Positions 16,730 to 26,557 of a stretch of DNA of 56,301 nucleotides are shown piece after piece; within the stretch, counting starts at the first letter, position 1; each line of letters begins with the position of its first letter. The notes under the pieces were generated by a model. The model searched no databases. It was not told the DNA's origin and was given only the letters and a program-made list of their open reading frames with translations. The stretch covers positions 1 through 56,301 of the forward strand of contig CAZXLG010000001.1 of NCBI GenBank assembly GCA_964641335.1, given 5' to 3'. The stretch comes from an uncultured Paracholeplasma sp. (GTDB lineage Bacteria; Bacillota_I; Bacilli_A; Acholeplasmatales; UBA5453). The position numbers were made by a program, and so were the translations under genes.

Positions 16730-18523
16730 ATGAAAAGAATTGTAGCATTATTGTTAGCAGTTTTTGCAGCTTTCACGTTAGTAGCGTGCCAAGAAGCTGA
16801 AGTTACTGTTAGCAGACTCGTCGTTACGCCACCAACAAAAGTGGAATACGAAGTGGGAGAATCTTTTAACGGTGCAGGACTAGAAGTTAAGGCCGTTATG
16901 TCAGACAAGACTGAAAAAGTCTTGACAAGCAGCGAATATACCTTAACTGGTTTCTCATCCGCATCCGCAGGTTTAGTCACTGTGACAGTTTCTTATGAAG
17001 GCGTTACAGCAACATTTGGTATCGCGGTATTCAACCCAGATGCTCCAGAAGTTGCATTAGCACTTACACTTAAGTCACTTCCAGAACAACAAATCTACAA
17101 CAAAGAAGAAGCATTTGATGCAACTGGTCTTGAAGTTGAAGTTACTTACTCTACAGGTAGAAAACAAGTCTTAACACCAAGCCAATATACCTTAACAGGA
17201 TTCAAACAAGGTGTTGTTGGTAAGTATGACGTTGTCGTTACTTTCGGTGAACTAACAGCTTCTTTCTATTCAGAAGTTAGAGCAGTTACCGTTCAAGGTG
17301 TCACTGCAACCACGATTAAAGTTGGTAACACCGCTGTATTAGCAGGTGCATGGTCTGTTGTTGGTGCGCCATTTGCAGCAGGTATGAAGGCAGCATTCGA
17401 AGTTGTAAATGAAGCAGGCGGTATTGACGGTAGAACAATTGAATATGTTAACCGTGATGATGCATTCGATGGTACTGTTGGTTTAACAAACACAAAACAA
17501 TTAATCAATGAAGATAAAGTATTCGCATTAGTAGGTCATTTCGGTACTCCAACTGTATCCGCAACATTAACTACAATTCGCGAAGCTGGTATTCCAATGG
17601 TTTATGCCGCTACAGGTGTTAACCTACTTTATACCGAAAGAAATCCACTTGACCCAGTCATGCCAGTTCAACCAATTTACCTAACTGATGGTAGATTAAT
17701 GACTGCTAGAGCATTAAAAGAAGCTTTATATGGTCCAAATAAAGATCAAAAATTAGCTGCAAATGCTAAGATTGGTGTTCTTTATACAACTGCACTTGAT
17801 GGTACATCCATCAAAGAAGGTATCGAAATTGAAGCGAAGACTCAAGGCGTTAACGCTAACTTCATTTATGCATCCTTCTCAGCAGCTGATACTGCATCCT
17901 TAACATCTACTCTACAAAACATGCAATCCCAAGGTGTAGCTGCAATCATCATCGCTTCTAACCAAGCGCCATTCAAAGCTGCAATCGGTACAATGCAAAA
18001 CGTAGGTATCAACGTTCCAGTATTCACATCCTATGTTAACGCTGACGCAACTGCAGTAGATGCTACAATCAACTATACATTTGATATCTATACAAACGCA
18101 TGGGTTGACTTAACATCTGAAAAAGGTCAAGCTGGTTTAGTTGGTTTCGTTGCTGCTATCCAAGCTGCAAATTTCTTAAGCGAAGCTGAAAAAGCTGCAT
18201 ACGCTGCAAACTCATTCGCAATTGCTGGTTATATCGCAGCAATGAACTTCATCGAAGGTCTTGAAAGAGTTGAAGCTTCTGGTAAAGAATTAACTTGGGA
18301 ATCCTATATTAAAGCTATGGAATCCGCTCCACTAGACGTACCAATGGGTGGTACTGTTGACTTCGGCGATGGTAAACGTTGGGGTATTGACTCAATGTCA
18401 TTATTACAATATACTGTTGTCAATGGCGATAACCCTGCAACTGTAGGTACTGTTGAAACATCTTATAAAGCATTCGTTAAAGTTAGAGATATCGAAACCT
18501 TAACACAAATTCAAGCTAAATAG
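16730..18523 (+). CDS. ABC substrate-binding lipoprotein (Liv/PBP type 1) with two N-terminal bacterial Ig-like repeats
   Basis: Lipobox LVAC; two repeats of P.K..Y..GE.F...GLEV...YTLTGF; then VNEAGGIDGRTIEYVNRDD and VFALVGHFGTP. Start at MKRIVAL after an AAGGAG RBS. Confidence 0.88.
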   Translation: MKRIVALLLAVFAAFTLVACQEAEVTVSRLVVTPPTKVEYEVGESFNGAGLEVKAVMSDKTEKVLTSSEYTLTGFSSASAGLVTVTVSYEGVTATFGIAVFNPDAPEVALALTLKSLPEQQIYNKEEAFDATGLEVEVTYSTGRKQVLTPSQYTLTGFKQGVVGKYDVVVTFGELTASFYSEVRAVTVQGVTATTIKVGNTAVLAGAWSVVGAPFAAGMKAAFEVVNEAGGIDGRTIEYVNRDDAFDGTVGLTNTKQLINEDKVFALVGHFGTPTVSATLTTIREAGIPMVYAATGVNLLYTERNPLDPVMPVQPIYLTDGRLMTARALKEALYGPNKDQKLAANAKIGVLYTTALDGTSIKEGIEIEAKTQGVNANFIYASFSAADTASLTSTLQNMQSQGVAAIIIASNQAPFKAAIGTMQNVGINVPVFTSYVNADATAVDATINYTFDIYTNAWVDLTSEKGQAGLVGFVAAIQAANFLSEAEKAAYAANSFAIAGYIAAMNFIEGLERVEASGKELTWESYIKAMESAPLDVPMGGTVDFGDGKRWGIDSMSLLQYTVVNGDNPATVGTVETSYKAFVKVRDIETLTQIQAK

Positions 18524-18533
18524 TTTATTCCTT

Positions 18534-18577
18534 ATAGGGCTGGGGGAGCGTAATGCTCCCTCAGATTCCCTATTTTT
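18534..18577 (+). terminator. intra-operon stem-loop (partial terminator or stabiliser) after the binding-protein gene
   Basis: ATAGGG-CTGGGGGAGCG-TAA-TGCTCCCTCAG-att-CCCTAT-TTTT. Confidence 0.65.
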
Positions 18578-18594
18578 ATAAAGAGAGGTCACTT

Positions 18595-19917
18595 ATGAAA
18601 CAAGCCAGATACATTACTGTAAAAGAAATGATTGATTTAGTAGGACCCAAAGATGAAATCGTTGTTGGGATGGCGGCTAACGAGCCACAACTCTTCATGG
18701 CGAATTTACACCTCTGTGCCGATCGTGTTGAGAAAGTCACGGTGACAAATTGCTTACCGATTGTTAATGCCGATTTTTTCATTGATGAAAAATATCGTAA
18801 CAAATTCAACCTTGATGGTTGGTTTTATACCAATGTTTTAAGAAAAGTACATCCACATGGCAATATCTCGTTTATTCCAAACCACTTACACTTAGCTGGA
18901 TATAAGCGTTTATTTTATAAAAAACCACATATGTTTGTCACAGCTGCTAGCATGCCTGACGAACATGGCTTCATTTCATTATCCACCTCAAACGTGTATG
19001 AAAAACAAATGGTTGAAGCCGCAGACATCGTTGTTCTTGAAGTTAACCCAAATTTCCCACGAACCATTGGGGATGTTGAAGTTCACGTCAGCGAAGTCGA
19101 TTATTTAGTGAAAGCAGATTACCCTGTTCCAACCATACCAGATACCGAACCAACCGAAAAAGATATGATAATCGGTCGCTTAATTGCTGATAAAATTCAC
19201 GATGGTGATACCATTCAACTTGGAATTGGTGGTATGCCAAATGCCGTAGCGAAGTCATTATATGGTAAAAAAGACTTAGGTATTCATACTGAAATGTTTA
19301 CCAATGAAATGATGAATCTTATCAAAGCGGGTGTCATCACGGGTAAGAAGAAAACCTTGCATCGTGGTAAGCACATCGCATGTTTCGCCTTAGGTACACA
19401 AGAACTCTATGATTTTATCCATGACAACCCATCATGCTGGATTCTAAATGGTAAATATGTGAATGACCCAGCCATCATTGGGTTAAATGACAACCAAGTA
19501 TCGATCAACTCCACCATCGAAATTGACTTATCAGGACAATGCTGCTCTGAATCCATCGGTACCCAACAATTTTCAGGAACTGGTGGTCAAAGCGATACTG
19601 CCGTTGGTGCACAAAATGCCAAAGGTGGACGTAGTTTCATCGCATTATACTCAACAGCAACTGTTAAAAACCCTGTGACTGGTGAACGTGAAGAAGTCTC
19701 AAAGATTGTCTCTATGTTAAAACCAGGTGCAGCTGTTTCTTTATCACGTAATGACGTTGACTATGTCGTAACCGAATATGGTATGGTTGCATTACGCGGT
19801 ACCAACATTCGCGAAAGAGCGAAATTACTCATTTCCATTGCCCATCCTAAATTTAGAGAACAACTTACCAAAGAAGCGATTAAAGCAGGATATCTCCATG
19901 AGTCATTTTTGGATTAA
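18595..19917 (+). CDS. acetyl-CoA hydrolase/transferase family protein (4-hydroxybutyrate CoA-transferase-like)
   Basis: TIQLGIGGMPNAV, LGIHTEMF, SGTGGQSD, DYVVTEYG, LISIAHPKFRE. Start at MKQARY. Confidence 0.92.
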   Translation: MKQARYITVKEMIDLVGPKDEIVVGMAANEPQLFMANLHLCADRVEKVTVTNCLPIVNADFFIDEKYRNKFNLDGWFYTNVLRKVHPHGNISFIPNHLHLAGYKRLFYKKPHMFVTAASMPDEHGFISLSTSNVYEKQMVEAADIVVLEVNPNFPRTIGDVEVHVSEVDYLVKADYPVPTIPDTEPTEKDMIIGRLIADKIHDGDTIQLGIGGMPNAVAKSLYGKKDLGIHTEMFTNEMMNLIKAGVITGKKKTLHRGKHIACFALGTQELYDFIHDNPSCWILNGKYVNDPAIIGLNDNQVSINSTIEIDLSGQCCSESIGTQQFSGTGGQSDTAVGAQNAKGGRSFIALYSTATVKNPVTGEREEVSKIVSMLKPGAAVSLSRNDVDYVVTEYGMVALRGTNIRERAKLLISIAHPKFREQLTKEAIKAGYLHESFLD

Positions 19918-20719
19918 CGATAAAAAAGTATACTTCGAGGATGAAGGCAGCGGTAAACCCATCATTTTATTGAATGGCATCATGATGTCTACGCGAAGCT
20001 GGGCACCGTTTGTTGAAAGCTTTAAGGCTAATAACAGACTCATTCGTGTTGATTTCTTTGACCAAGGACAAACCGATAAACTCATTGGTGCATCCTACAC
20101 GCATCAAATTCAAGTCGATTTACTCAAATCCTTATTTGATCATTTGAAACTAGAACAAGCAAGTATCGTAGGGATTTCCTATGGTGGCGAAATTGCAATC
20201 CAATTCGCCATTAAACACAAACACTTGGTCGATCGCTTGGTGCTATTCAATACCGCCGCTTATACCAATCCATGGTTAAAAGACATCGGTCGTGCCTGGA
20301 TTGCGGCTGGGAAAACCAGAAATGGTGAAGCGTATTACAATACCGCAATTCCAGTCATTTATTCCCCGTTATTTTATGAAACCAATCAAGCTTGGATGCA
20401 AAATCGCAAAAAGGTATTGGTTCCCGTATTTTCCAATGAATTATTCTTAGATCAAATGGAACGACTCACACTATCTAGTGAATCCTACGATGTCAAAGAG
20501 CAACTTCAAGAAATAGAAGCAGAAACCTTGATAATATCAGCGGAAGAAGACTATCTTACCCCTGTAGATAATCAAAAATTTGTAGCTGAACGTATTAAAC
20601 ATTCTCACTGGGTCAAAATACCTGGGGCAGGACATGCATCCATGTATGAAAAACCACTCTTATTTACCACGTTATGTTTAGGCTTCATCAATGCTAAAGA
20701 TACGAAGTACACCATATAG
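19898..20719 (+). CDS. alpha/beta hydrolase
   Basis: LLNGIMM, DFFDQGQT, GISYGG nucleophile elbow, GAGHASMYE. Start at MSHFWIN, overlapping the upstream stop. Confidence 0.88.
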   Translation: MSHFWINDKKVYFEDEGSGKPIILLNGIMMSTRSWAPFVESFKANNRLIRVDFFDQGQTDKLIGASYTHQIQVDLLKSLFDHLKLEQASIVGISYGGEIAIQFAIKHKHLVDRLVLFNTAAYTNPWLKDIGRAWIAAGKTRNGEAYYNTAIPVIYSPLFYETNQAWMQNRKKVLVPVFSNELFLDQMERLTLSSESYDVKEQLQEIEAETLIISAEEDYLTPVDNQKFVAERIKHSHWVKIPGAGHASMYEKPLLFTTLCLGFINAKDTKYTI

Positions 20720-20728
20720 GAGGGACAT

Positions 20729-21607
20729 ATGGAAAAGAAATTTGTTCAACTCAAAAACGGAGAAACCTATGCCTATCTTGAAAAAGGTTCAGGTAAACCA
20801 CTCATTTTGATTCACGGGAACTTATCATCATCGGTATATTATTTACCGCTGATTGAACGTTTACCTGAAAACATTAGAGTCATTGCTTTAGATTTACGTG
20901 GGTTTGGCGATTCCAGCTATACTCAAAAATTTGATTCGTTAGCTAATCTTGCAACAGATATTCAACTATTCATGTCAGAACTAAAGATTAATAAAGCCGT
21001 TATTGCAGGTTGGTCTTTAGGGGGCGGGGTCGCAATGGAATTTGCGAGTCGCTATCCAAGATCCACTGAAAAGTTGATTCTCATCAACTCAACGACCCAC
21101 AAAGGCTATCCAATTTTTAAAAAAGATAAAAATAATATGCCAATCTTGACTGAAGGCTATAAGTCTAAGGATGAATTAGCAACCGATCCACTTCAAGTAA
21201 AACCGATTTTAGAAGCGATTGCGACTGAAAATACATTCTTCATGTCGTATATTTACGACTTGACGATTTACACACACCATAAGCCAACCCCAGAAGCAAA
21301 TCAGCTCTACATTAAAGAAACCATGAAACAACGTTGCTTAGTCGATGCAGACTATGCCCTTGCTTGTCTAAATATGAGTGATACACCTAACCTTTATTCA
21401 AAAGGGGATGGATCGATTAAGCAAGTCAAAGCAGAGACGTTAATGTTTTGGGGTACATTAGATAAAACTGTACCAGAATTCATGGTTCAAGACAATTTAA
21501 AAGCAATTCCTCATGCGAAGTTTGTGAGGTTTGAAGCGTGTGGTCACTCACCACTCGTTGATAAACCAGATGAACTAGCAAAAGAAATTTTAAATTTCAT
21601 ACAATAA
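20729..21607 (+). CDS. alpha/beta hydrolase resembling Bacillus intracellular PHB depolymerase PhaZ
   Basis: NGETYAY, IHGNLSSS, DLRGFGDSSY, GWSLGGGVAM, KGYPIFKKD, DPLQVKP, IYTHHKP, QRCLVDADYAL, CGHSP all recall the Bacillus cereus-group PhaZ sequence (from memory, not searched). Confidence 0.75.
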   Translation: MEKKFVQLKNGETYAYLEKGSGKPLILIHGNLSSSVYYLPLIERLPENIRVIALDLRGFGDSSYTQKFDSLANLATDIQLFMSELKINKAVIAGWSLGGGVAMEFASRYPRSTEKLILINSTTHKGYPIFKKDKNNMPILTEGYKSKDELATDPLQVKPILEAIATENTFFMSYIYDLTIYTHHKPTPEANQLYIKETMKQRCLVDADYALACLNMSDTPNLYSKGDGSIKQVKAETLMFWGTLDKTVPEFMVQDNLKAIPHAKFVRFEACGHSPLVDKPDELAKEILNFIQ

Positions 21608-21613
21608 TAACTT

Positions 21614-21648
21614 AAAATACAAGATGGTTTCCATTTTGTATTTTTTTT
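21614..21648 (+). terminator. intrinsic terminator
   Basis: AAAATACAAGATGG-TTT-CCATTTTGTATTTT followed by a T-run. Confidence 0.8.
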
Positions 21649-21766
21649 ATAAAATGTTATTTAAATCAGATAAAAAAAGCTATAAACAAAGGATATTCAA
21701 CGCTTACCCTCGATTTACACGCTTATTATTGATATAATAAAGATAGACGAAAGTGAGGATTTCAAT

Positions 21767-22462
21767 GTGTCTATTGAACTTGAAAAGAACCTTCTGACAG
21801 AAGTGTCCCTTACAGCACCGATGGAATTCATTCACCAACAGGCAGAATATCAACGATTAATGATGGCTTATTATGCTGCGATGCGAGAGGTCCAAACCAA
21901 ATTTGAAATACTCAATGATGAACTCAATGTACGTTATAAACGAAATCCAATTGAGTTCATTAAGGTTAGACTTAAAAAAAGTCAAAGTATTTTGGAAAAA
22001 CTATCTCGTTATGGTCTTGAACGCACTCTCGACAATCTAAAACAAATCAATGATATCGCCGGGGTAAGAATTGTTTGTACCTACTTAGATGATATCTATG
22101 AGATTGCAAATATGTTTGTATCTCAAGATGATGTCACCTTGATTCAAATAAAGGATTATATTAAAAAACCAAAAGAAAATGGTTATCGTAGTTTACACCT
22201 AACCATCGAAATTCCAGTGTATTTTAGTGACTCGAAACCGCGATTACGCGTTGAAGTTCAAATTCGAACGATTGCAATGGACTTTTGGGCTTCGCTAGAA
22301 CACGACATGAAATATAAAAAACATGTACAAATTCCGAAAGAATTAAGAGAAGAATTAAAGTCGTGTGCTGAAATTATTTCAACTACCGATTTACGTATGC
22401 AAAAAATTAAGAATGAACTCGACAAAGTCGTCATTCAAGCGGAAAAAGGAGATCAGATATGA
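21767..22462 (+). CDS. small alarmone synthetase (GTP pyrophosphokinase, RelP/RelQ-like)
   Basis: RLKKSQSILEK, NDIAGVRIV, NGYRSLH, VEVQIRTIAMDFWASLEH. Confidence 0.92.
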   Translation: MSIELEKNLLTEVSLTAPMEFIHQQAEYQRLMMAYYAAMREVQTKFEILNDELNVRYKRNPIEFIKVRLKKSQSILEKLSRYGLERTLDNLKQINDIAGVRIVCTYLDDIYEIANMFVSQDDVTLIQIKDYIKKPKENGYRSLHLTIEIPVYFSDSKPRLRVEVQIRTIAMDFWASLEHDMKYKKHVQIPKELREELKSCAEIISTTDLRMQKIKNELDKVVIQAEKGDQI

Positions 22463-23475
22463 CCCACTTATTTACGCCACTCACCATTAAAAATATGGAA
22501 CTTAAGAACCGAATCGTGATGCCTCCCATGTGTATGTATAGCGCTACAGAAGCAGGTATGGCTACCGATTTTCATGTCATTCATTATGCCTCTAGAGCAG
22601 TTGGTCAAATTGGTTTAATTACCATTGAAGCTACGGCGATTGAACCAGATGGCCGAATTACTGTCAATGATTTGGGAATTTGGGATGAAGAACACGTTAA
22701 AGGTTTGAAATGGATTACCAAACAAATTCATGCCAATGATGCAAAAGCGTCACTGCAAATCGCCCATGCTGGTCGAAAGTCAAAAGCTACAGACACATCA
22801 AAAGCCCCAAGTGCTATTGCGTTCGAAGGGTACCCTACCCCAAGCGCGATGACCGTTGACGATATCAAAGACATTATTGAAAAATACAGAAAAGCAGCTA
22901 GACGGGCTAGAGAAGCCAATTTTGATTGTATCGAAATCCACGCTGCGCATGGCTATCTAATCCATGAATTCGTATCCCCAATTTCGAATACACGTACTGA
23001 CCAATATGGGGGTACTCAAGTCAATCGAAATCGATTGTTATATGAAGTGATTGAAGCCGTTCGCTCAGAGTGGCCTATGGAATACCCATTATCTTTACGT
23101 ATTTCAGCAGAGGACTATGTTAAAGAAGGACTACACCCACAATTATGGGCTGAAATCATCAATGGGATGCCTCATGGATATGTCGATATCATCCATGTAT
23201 CCTCAGGCGGATTGGTAAAAGTACCAATTGATGATTACCCAGGATATCAATTGATGTTCGCGAAAAAAATTCGTAAAGAAACCAAACTGACAGTGATCGC
23301 AGGGGGTCTCATTGAAGACCCAGTTATGGCTAATGGGGTGTTAGAGTCAGACGAAGCAGATTTAATCTTCTTTGGTAGACTTGCTTTGAAAGATCCGTAT
23401 TTTCCGTTACGATTTGCACAACGTATGCGTTATGACTTAACCTGGCCTAACCAGTATATTAGAGCTAAAAAATAA
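22459..23475 (+). CDS. namA: NADPH dehydrogenase (old yellow enzyme, YqjM/NamA-like)
   Basis: NRIVMPPMCMYSA, QIAHAGRK, EIHAAHGYLIHEF, NTRTDQYGG, WPNQYIRA. Confidence 0.9.
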   Translation: MTHLFTPLTIKNMELKNRIVMPPMCMYSATEAGMATDFHVIHYASRAVGQIGLITIEATAIEPDGRITVNDLGIWDEEHVKGLKWITKQIHANDAKASLQIAHAGRKSKATDTSKAPSAIAFEGYPTPSAMTVDDIKDIIEKYRKAARRAREANFDCIEIHAAHGYLIHEFVSPISNTRTDQYGGTQVNRNRLLYEVIEAVRSEWPMEYPLSLRISAEDYVKEGLHPQLWAEIINGMPHGYVDIIHVSSGGLVKVPIDDYPGYQLMFAKKIRKETKLTVIAGGLIEDPVMANGVLESDEADLIFFGRLALKDPYFPLRFAQRMRYDLTWPNQYIRAKK

Positions 23476-23480
23476 TGTTG

Positions 23481-23524
23481 AGACTTCCTAATTAGACTAC
23501 ATTCTAAATAAGGAAGTCTTTTTT
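23481..23524 (+). terminator. intrinsic terminator
   Basis: AGACTTCCT...AGGAAGTCT followed by TTTTT. Confidence 0.7.
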
Positions 23525-23526
23525 AT

Positions 23527-23585
23527 TTGCATAAATAGAAAATAAGACATATAATAGAAATGTAGACCCCCACCCTGGGGGTATA
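23527..23585 (+). promoter_or_regulatory. cop operon promoter and CsoR operator
   Basis: TTGCAT-17-TATAAT (23527-23555). C-tract/G-tract palindrome ACCCCCA-CCC-TGGGGGT (23566-23582), typical of CsoR sites, lies just before csoR. Confidence 0.8.
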
Positions 23586-23595
23586 GGAGGACCCT

Positions 23596-23850
23596 GTGAA
23601 ACATGAAACTGCTTATCAAACATTAAAGAATGCCAAAGGCCAACTCGAAGCTTCTTTAAAAATGCTTGAAGATCATCGCTATTGTGTGGATATTTCGAAT
23701 CAACTGATGGCTACAATTGCTTTGATAAAAAGAGCAAATAAACAAATATTGTCTGAACACTTAAATCATTGCGTGATTGAATCGATTGAGAATAAAGACG
23801 CTGAAGCAAAAATTAAAGAGATCGAACAACTGATTGATAGGATGATGTAA
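23596..23850 (+). CDS. csoR: copper-sensing repressor CsoR
   Basis: YCVDISNQL and EHLNHCV metal ligands; upstream of copA. Confidence 0.9.
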   Translation: MKHETAYQTLKNAKGQLEASLKMLEDHRYCVDISNQLMATIALIKRANKQILSEHLNHCVIESIENKDAEAKIKEIEQLIDRMM

Positions 23851-26304
23851 ATGGACAAGAAGACATTTAATATTGAAGGCATGACCTGCGCTGCGTGCGT
23901 CAGGAGCGTCGAAAAAGCAACCTCTAAAGTCGAGGGTGTTGAAAAAGTCACAGTGAACCTTGTGACAAATAAAATGGAAGTCGAATATGATGCAGCCAAA
24001 GCGGACATTAAAAACATCGAAGAAAGTGTTAAAAAAGCCGGTTATAAAGCCACTTTAATGACCGAACCAAAACAGTTTTCTGTTGAGGGGATGACCTGTG
24101 CTGCCTGTGTGAATACTGTCGAAAAAACAGCCAAAAAAACACCAGGTGTACTCACAGCTGAAGTCAATTTAACTACTGAAAAACTCAAAATAACTGTTGA
24201 CCCTAGTGTATTTAATGCGGATGAATTAAAACGAAAAGTCATGATTGCCGGTTATCAATTAAAGACCGAAAAAACGTTGGATGAACATCAAAAGAGTAAA
24301 GATCGTGCAACCAAAATCATGTTATGGAAGTTCATCATTTCTGCACTTTTCACATTGCCGTTGCTCTATATTGCAATGGGACATATGATTGGCTTACCAC
24401 TACCAAGTTATTTAGATCCTCATATGGCAAGCGAGACGTTTGCACTCACCCAATTATTTTTAACAATACCAGTGATATTGGTGGGGTATCAGTTTTATTT
24501 GATTGGATTTAAAACGTTATTCCATCGTAATCCCAATATGGATACTTTGGTGGCTTTAGGTACTGGTGCTGCCTTTGTACATGGCTTATATAATACAATG
24601 TTGATTGTCACAGGCAAACTCCACACCGCAGATTTGTATTTTGAATCTGCAGCGGTCATCATTACTTTAATTATTTTAGGGAAATATTTTGAAACCATCT
24701 CGAAAGGTAAAACCTCTGAAGCAATTAAAAAATTAGTGGATTTATCGCCTAAAACAGCGGTCGTTTTCATCAATAACGAGGAACATGTTATTCCTGTAGA
24801 TGATGTCATAAAGGATGACTTGATTGTCGTAAAACCAGGCGAACGAGTGCCTGTAGATGGCATTATCGTTGAAGGTAACTCATCGATTGATGAGTCGATG
24901 ATTACTGGGGAATCTATTCCTGTAGAAAAGAAAATAGGCGATTCTGTCATCGGAGCTTCTATCAACAAAAATGGTGCTATAACCATTCGTGCGACAAAAG
25001 TAGGTAAAGATTCTACTTTAGCTCAAATCATCAAATTGGTTGAAGATGCACAATCTTCGAAAGCACCAATTGCAAAACTTGCTGATAAAATATCTGGCAT
25101 CTTTGTTCCGATTGTCATGAGTTTAGCCGCATTGACATTCATCTTTTGGTTATTGATGGGTGAGTCAATTGATTTTAGTTTATCCAATATGATTGCAGTA
25201 TTGGTTATTGCTTGTCCATGTGCACTCGGTTTAGCTACCCCAACAGCGATTATGGTCGGGACTGGTAAGGGTGCCTCGAATGGTATTTTGATTAAAAGCG
25301 GTGAAGCCTTAGAAAAAGCCCACGAAGTCGATGTCGTTGTACTGGATAAGACTGGAACCATCACGCTTGGTATTCCCCAAGTTAAGAAAATAATCTCAAC
25401 CTCAAATTATTCAGAAGACCAACTATTACAAATCGCAGCCAGTCTCGAAGCCAAAAGTGAACACCCACTCGGTGAAGCGATTGTCAAAGCAGCAAAAGAC
25501 AAAAACTTTAAATTTAAAACGGTAGATAATTTCTTAAATCACCCTGGTTTCGGTGTTGAGGGGATGATTGAAGGTAAATCGATTCGTATTGGTAATCTGA
25601 AGTTCGTCAATGCACTGAAAGTTAAAATCGGTCAACTCCAAAAATTAGCAGATGAGTTATCACAAGCAGGAAATACCTTGATATATGTGGTGGTTGATCA
25701 AACAGTGGTGGGATTAATTGCGATTGCCGATGCCATTAAGCCAACGTCGAAAAAAGCAATTAAGGCCTTACAAAATAAAGGCATTAAAGTTTATATGATG
25801 ACTGGTGACCATCAAATCACTGCGAACGCAATCGCGAGTGAAGTTGGGATTACCGATGTTATTTCCGAAGTACTCCCAGAAGATAAATCCAAAGAAGTGG
25901 GTAAACTGAAAGATTTGGGTCATAAAGTAGCGATGGTTGGTGATGGCATCAATGATGCTCCAGCGTTAGCGTTAGCGGATGTCGGGATTGCGATTGGCAA
26001 TGGTACGGATGTTGCAATTGAATCTGCCGATATCGTTTTGATGAAAAATGATTTGATGGATGTTTCTACAGCGATTGAACTGTCTAAAAAGACGATTATT
26101 AATATCAAAGAAAATTTATTTTGGGCATTCTTCTATAATATATTGGGTATCCCAGTCGCCATGGGTGTGCTATATCTCTTTGGTGGACCACTATTAAACC
26201 CAATGTTAGCAGGAGCAGCTATGAGTTTCTCAAGTGTCAGTGTTGTAATGAATGCACTGAGATTAAGACGATTTAAACCTCAAAGAAAGGAGGAATTAGC
26301 ATGA
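23851..26304 (+). CDS. copA: copper-translocating P1B-type ATPase
   Basis: Two GMTCAAC HMA domains, CPC, DKTGT, SEHP, GDGINDAP, FFYN, MSFSS. Confidence 0.96.
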   Translation: MDKKTFNIEGMTCAACVRSVEKATSKVEGVEKVTVNLVTNKMEVEYDAAKADIKNIEESVKKAGYKATLMTEPKQFSVEGMTCAACVNTVEKTAKKTPGVLTAEVNLTTEKLKITVDPSVFNADELKRKVMIAGYQLKTEKTLDEHQKSKDRATKIMLWKFIISALFTLPLLYIAMGHMIGLPLPSYLDPHMASETFALTQLFLTIPVILVGYQFYLIGFKTLFHRNPNMDTLVALGTGAAFVHGLYNTMLIVTGKLHTADLYFESAAVIITLIILGKYFETISKGKTSEAIKKLVDLSPKTAVVFINNEEHVIPVDDVIKDDLIVVKPGERVPVDGIIVEGNSSIDESMITGESIPVEKKIGDSVIGASINKNGAITIRATKVGKDSTLAQIIKLVEDAQSSKAPIAKLADKISGIFVPIVMSLAALTFIFWLLMGESIDFSLSNMIAVLVIACPCALGLATPTAIMVGTGKGASNGILIKSGEALEKAHEVDVVVLDKTGTITLGIPQVKKIISTSNYSEDQLLQIAASLEAKSEHPLGEAIVKAAKDKNFKFKTVDNFLNHPGFGVEGMIEGKSIRIGNLKFVNALKVKIGQLQKLADELSQAGNTLIYVVVDQTVVGLIAIADAIKPTSKKAIKALQNKGIKVYMMTGDHQITANAIASEVGITDVISEVLPEDKSKEVGKLKDLGHKVAMVGDGINDAPALALADVGIAIGNGTDVAIESADIVLMKNDLMDVSTAIELSKKTIINIKENLFWAFFYNILGIPVAMGVLYLFGGPLLNPMLAGAAMSFSSVSVVMNALRLRRFKPQRKEELA

Positions 26305-26516
26305 AAAAAAGAATTCAAATTGAAGGCATGAGTTGCATGCATTGTGTCAAACATGTTACGAATGCTCTTAATGATGTTAAGGGTGTATCGAATGTGGTTG
26401 TTAATTTAAAACAAAACGATGCTGTGATTGAAGTCAGTGATAACGTAGATAATAAAGTATTGGTTGAAGCAGTAGCAGAAGCTGGATATAAAGCCGTTAA
26501 AGTAGAACTTGCCTAA
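26301..26516 (+). CDS. copZ: copper chaperone
   Basis: 71 aa HMA domain, GMSCMHC. Confidence 0.9.
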   Translation: MKKRIQIEGMSCMHCVKHVTNALNDVKGVSNVVVNLKQNDAVIEVSDNVDNKVLVEAVAEAGYKAVKVELA

Positions 26517-26522
26517 AAAAAT

Positions 26523-26556
26523 AATGGAACTTTTCAAAGTGAAAAGTTCCATTTTT
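26523..26556. terminator. bidirectional terminator
   Basis: ATGGAACTTTTCA-AAG-TGAAAAGTTCCAT flanked by A- and T-runs between convergent genes. Confidence 0.85.
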
Positions 26557-26557
26557 A

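Noticed and set aside
13139-18523. Plain branched-chain amino acid transporter (livKHMGF)
   Set aside because: The family assignment is right, but the operon context argues for another substrate, so liv gene symbols were not assigned.
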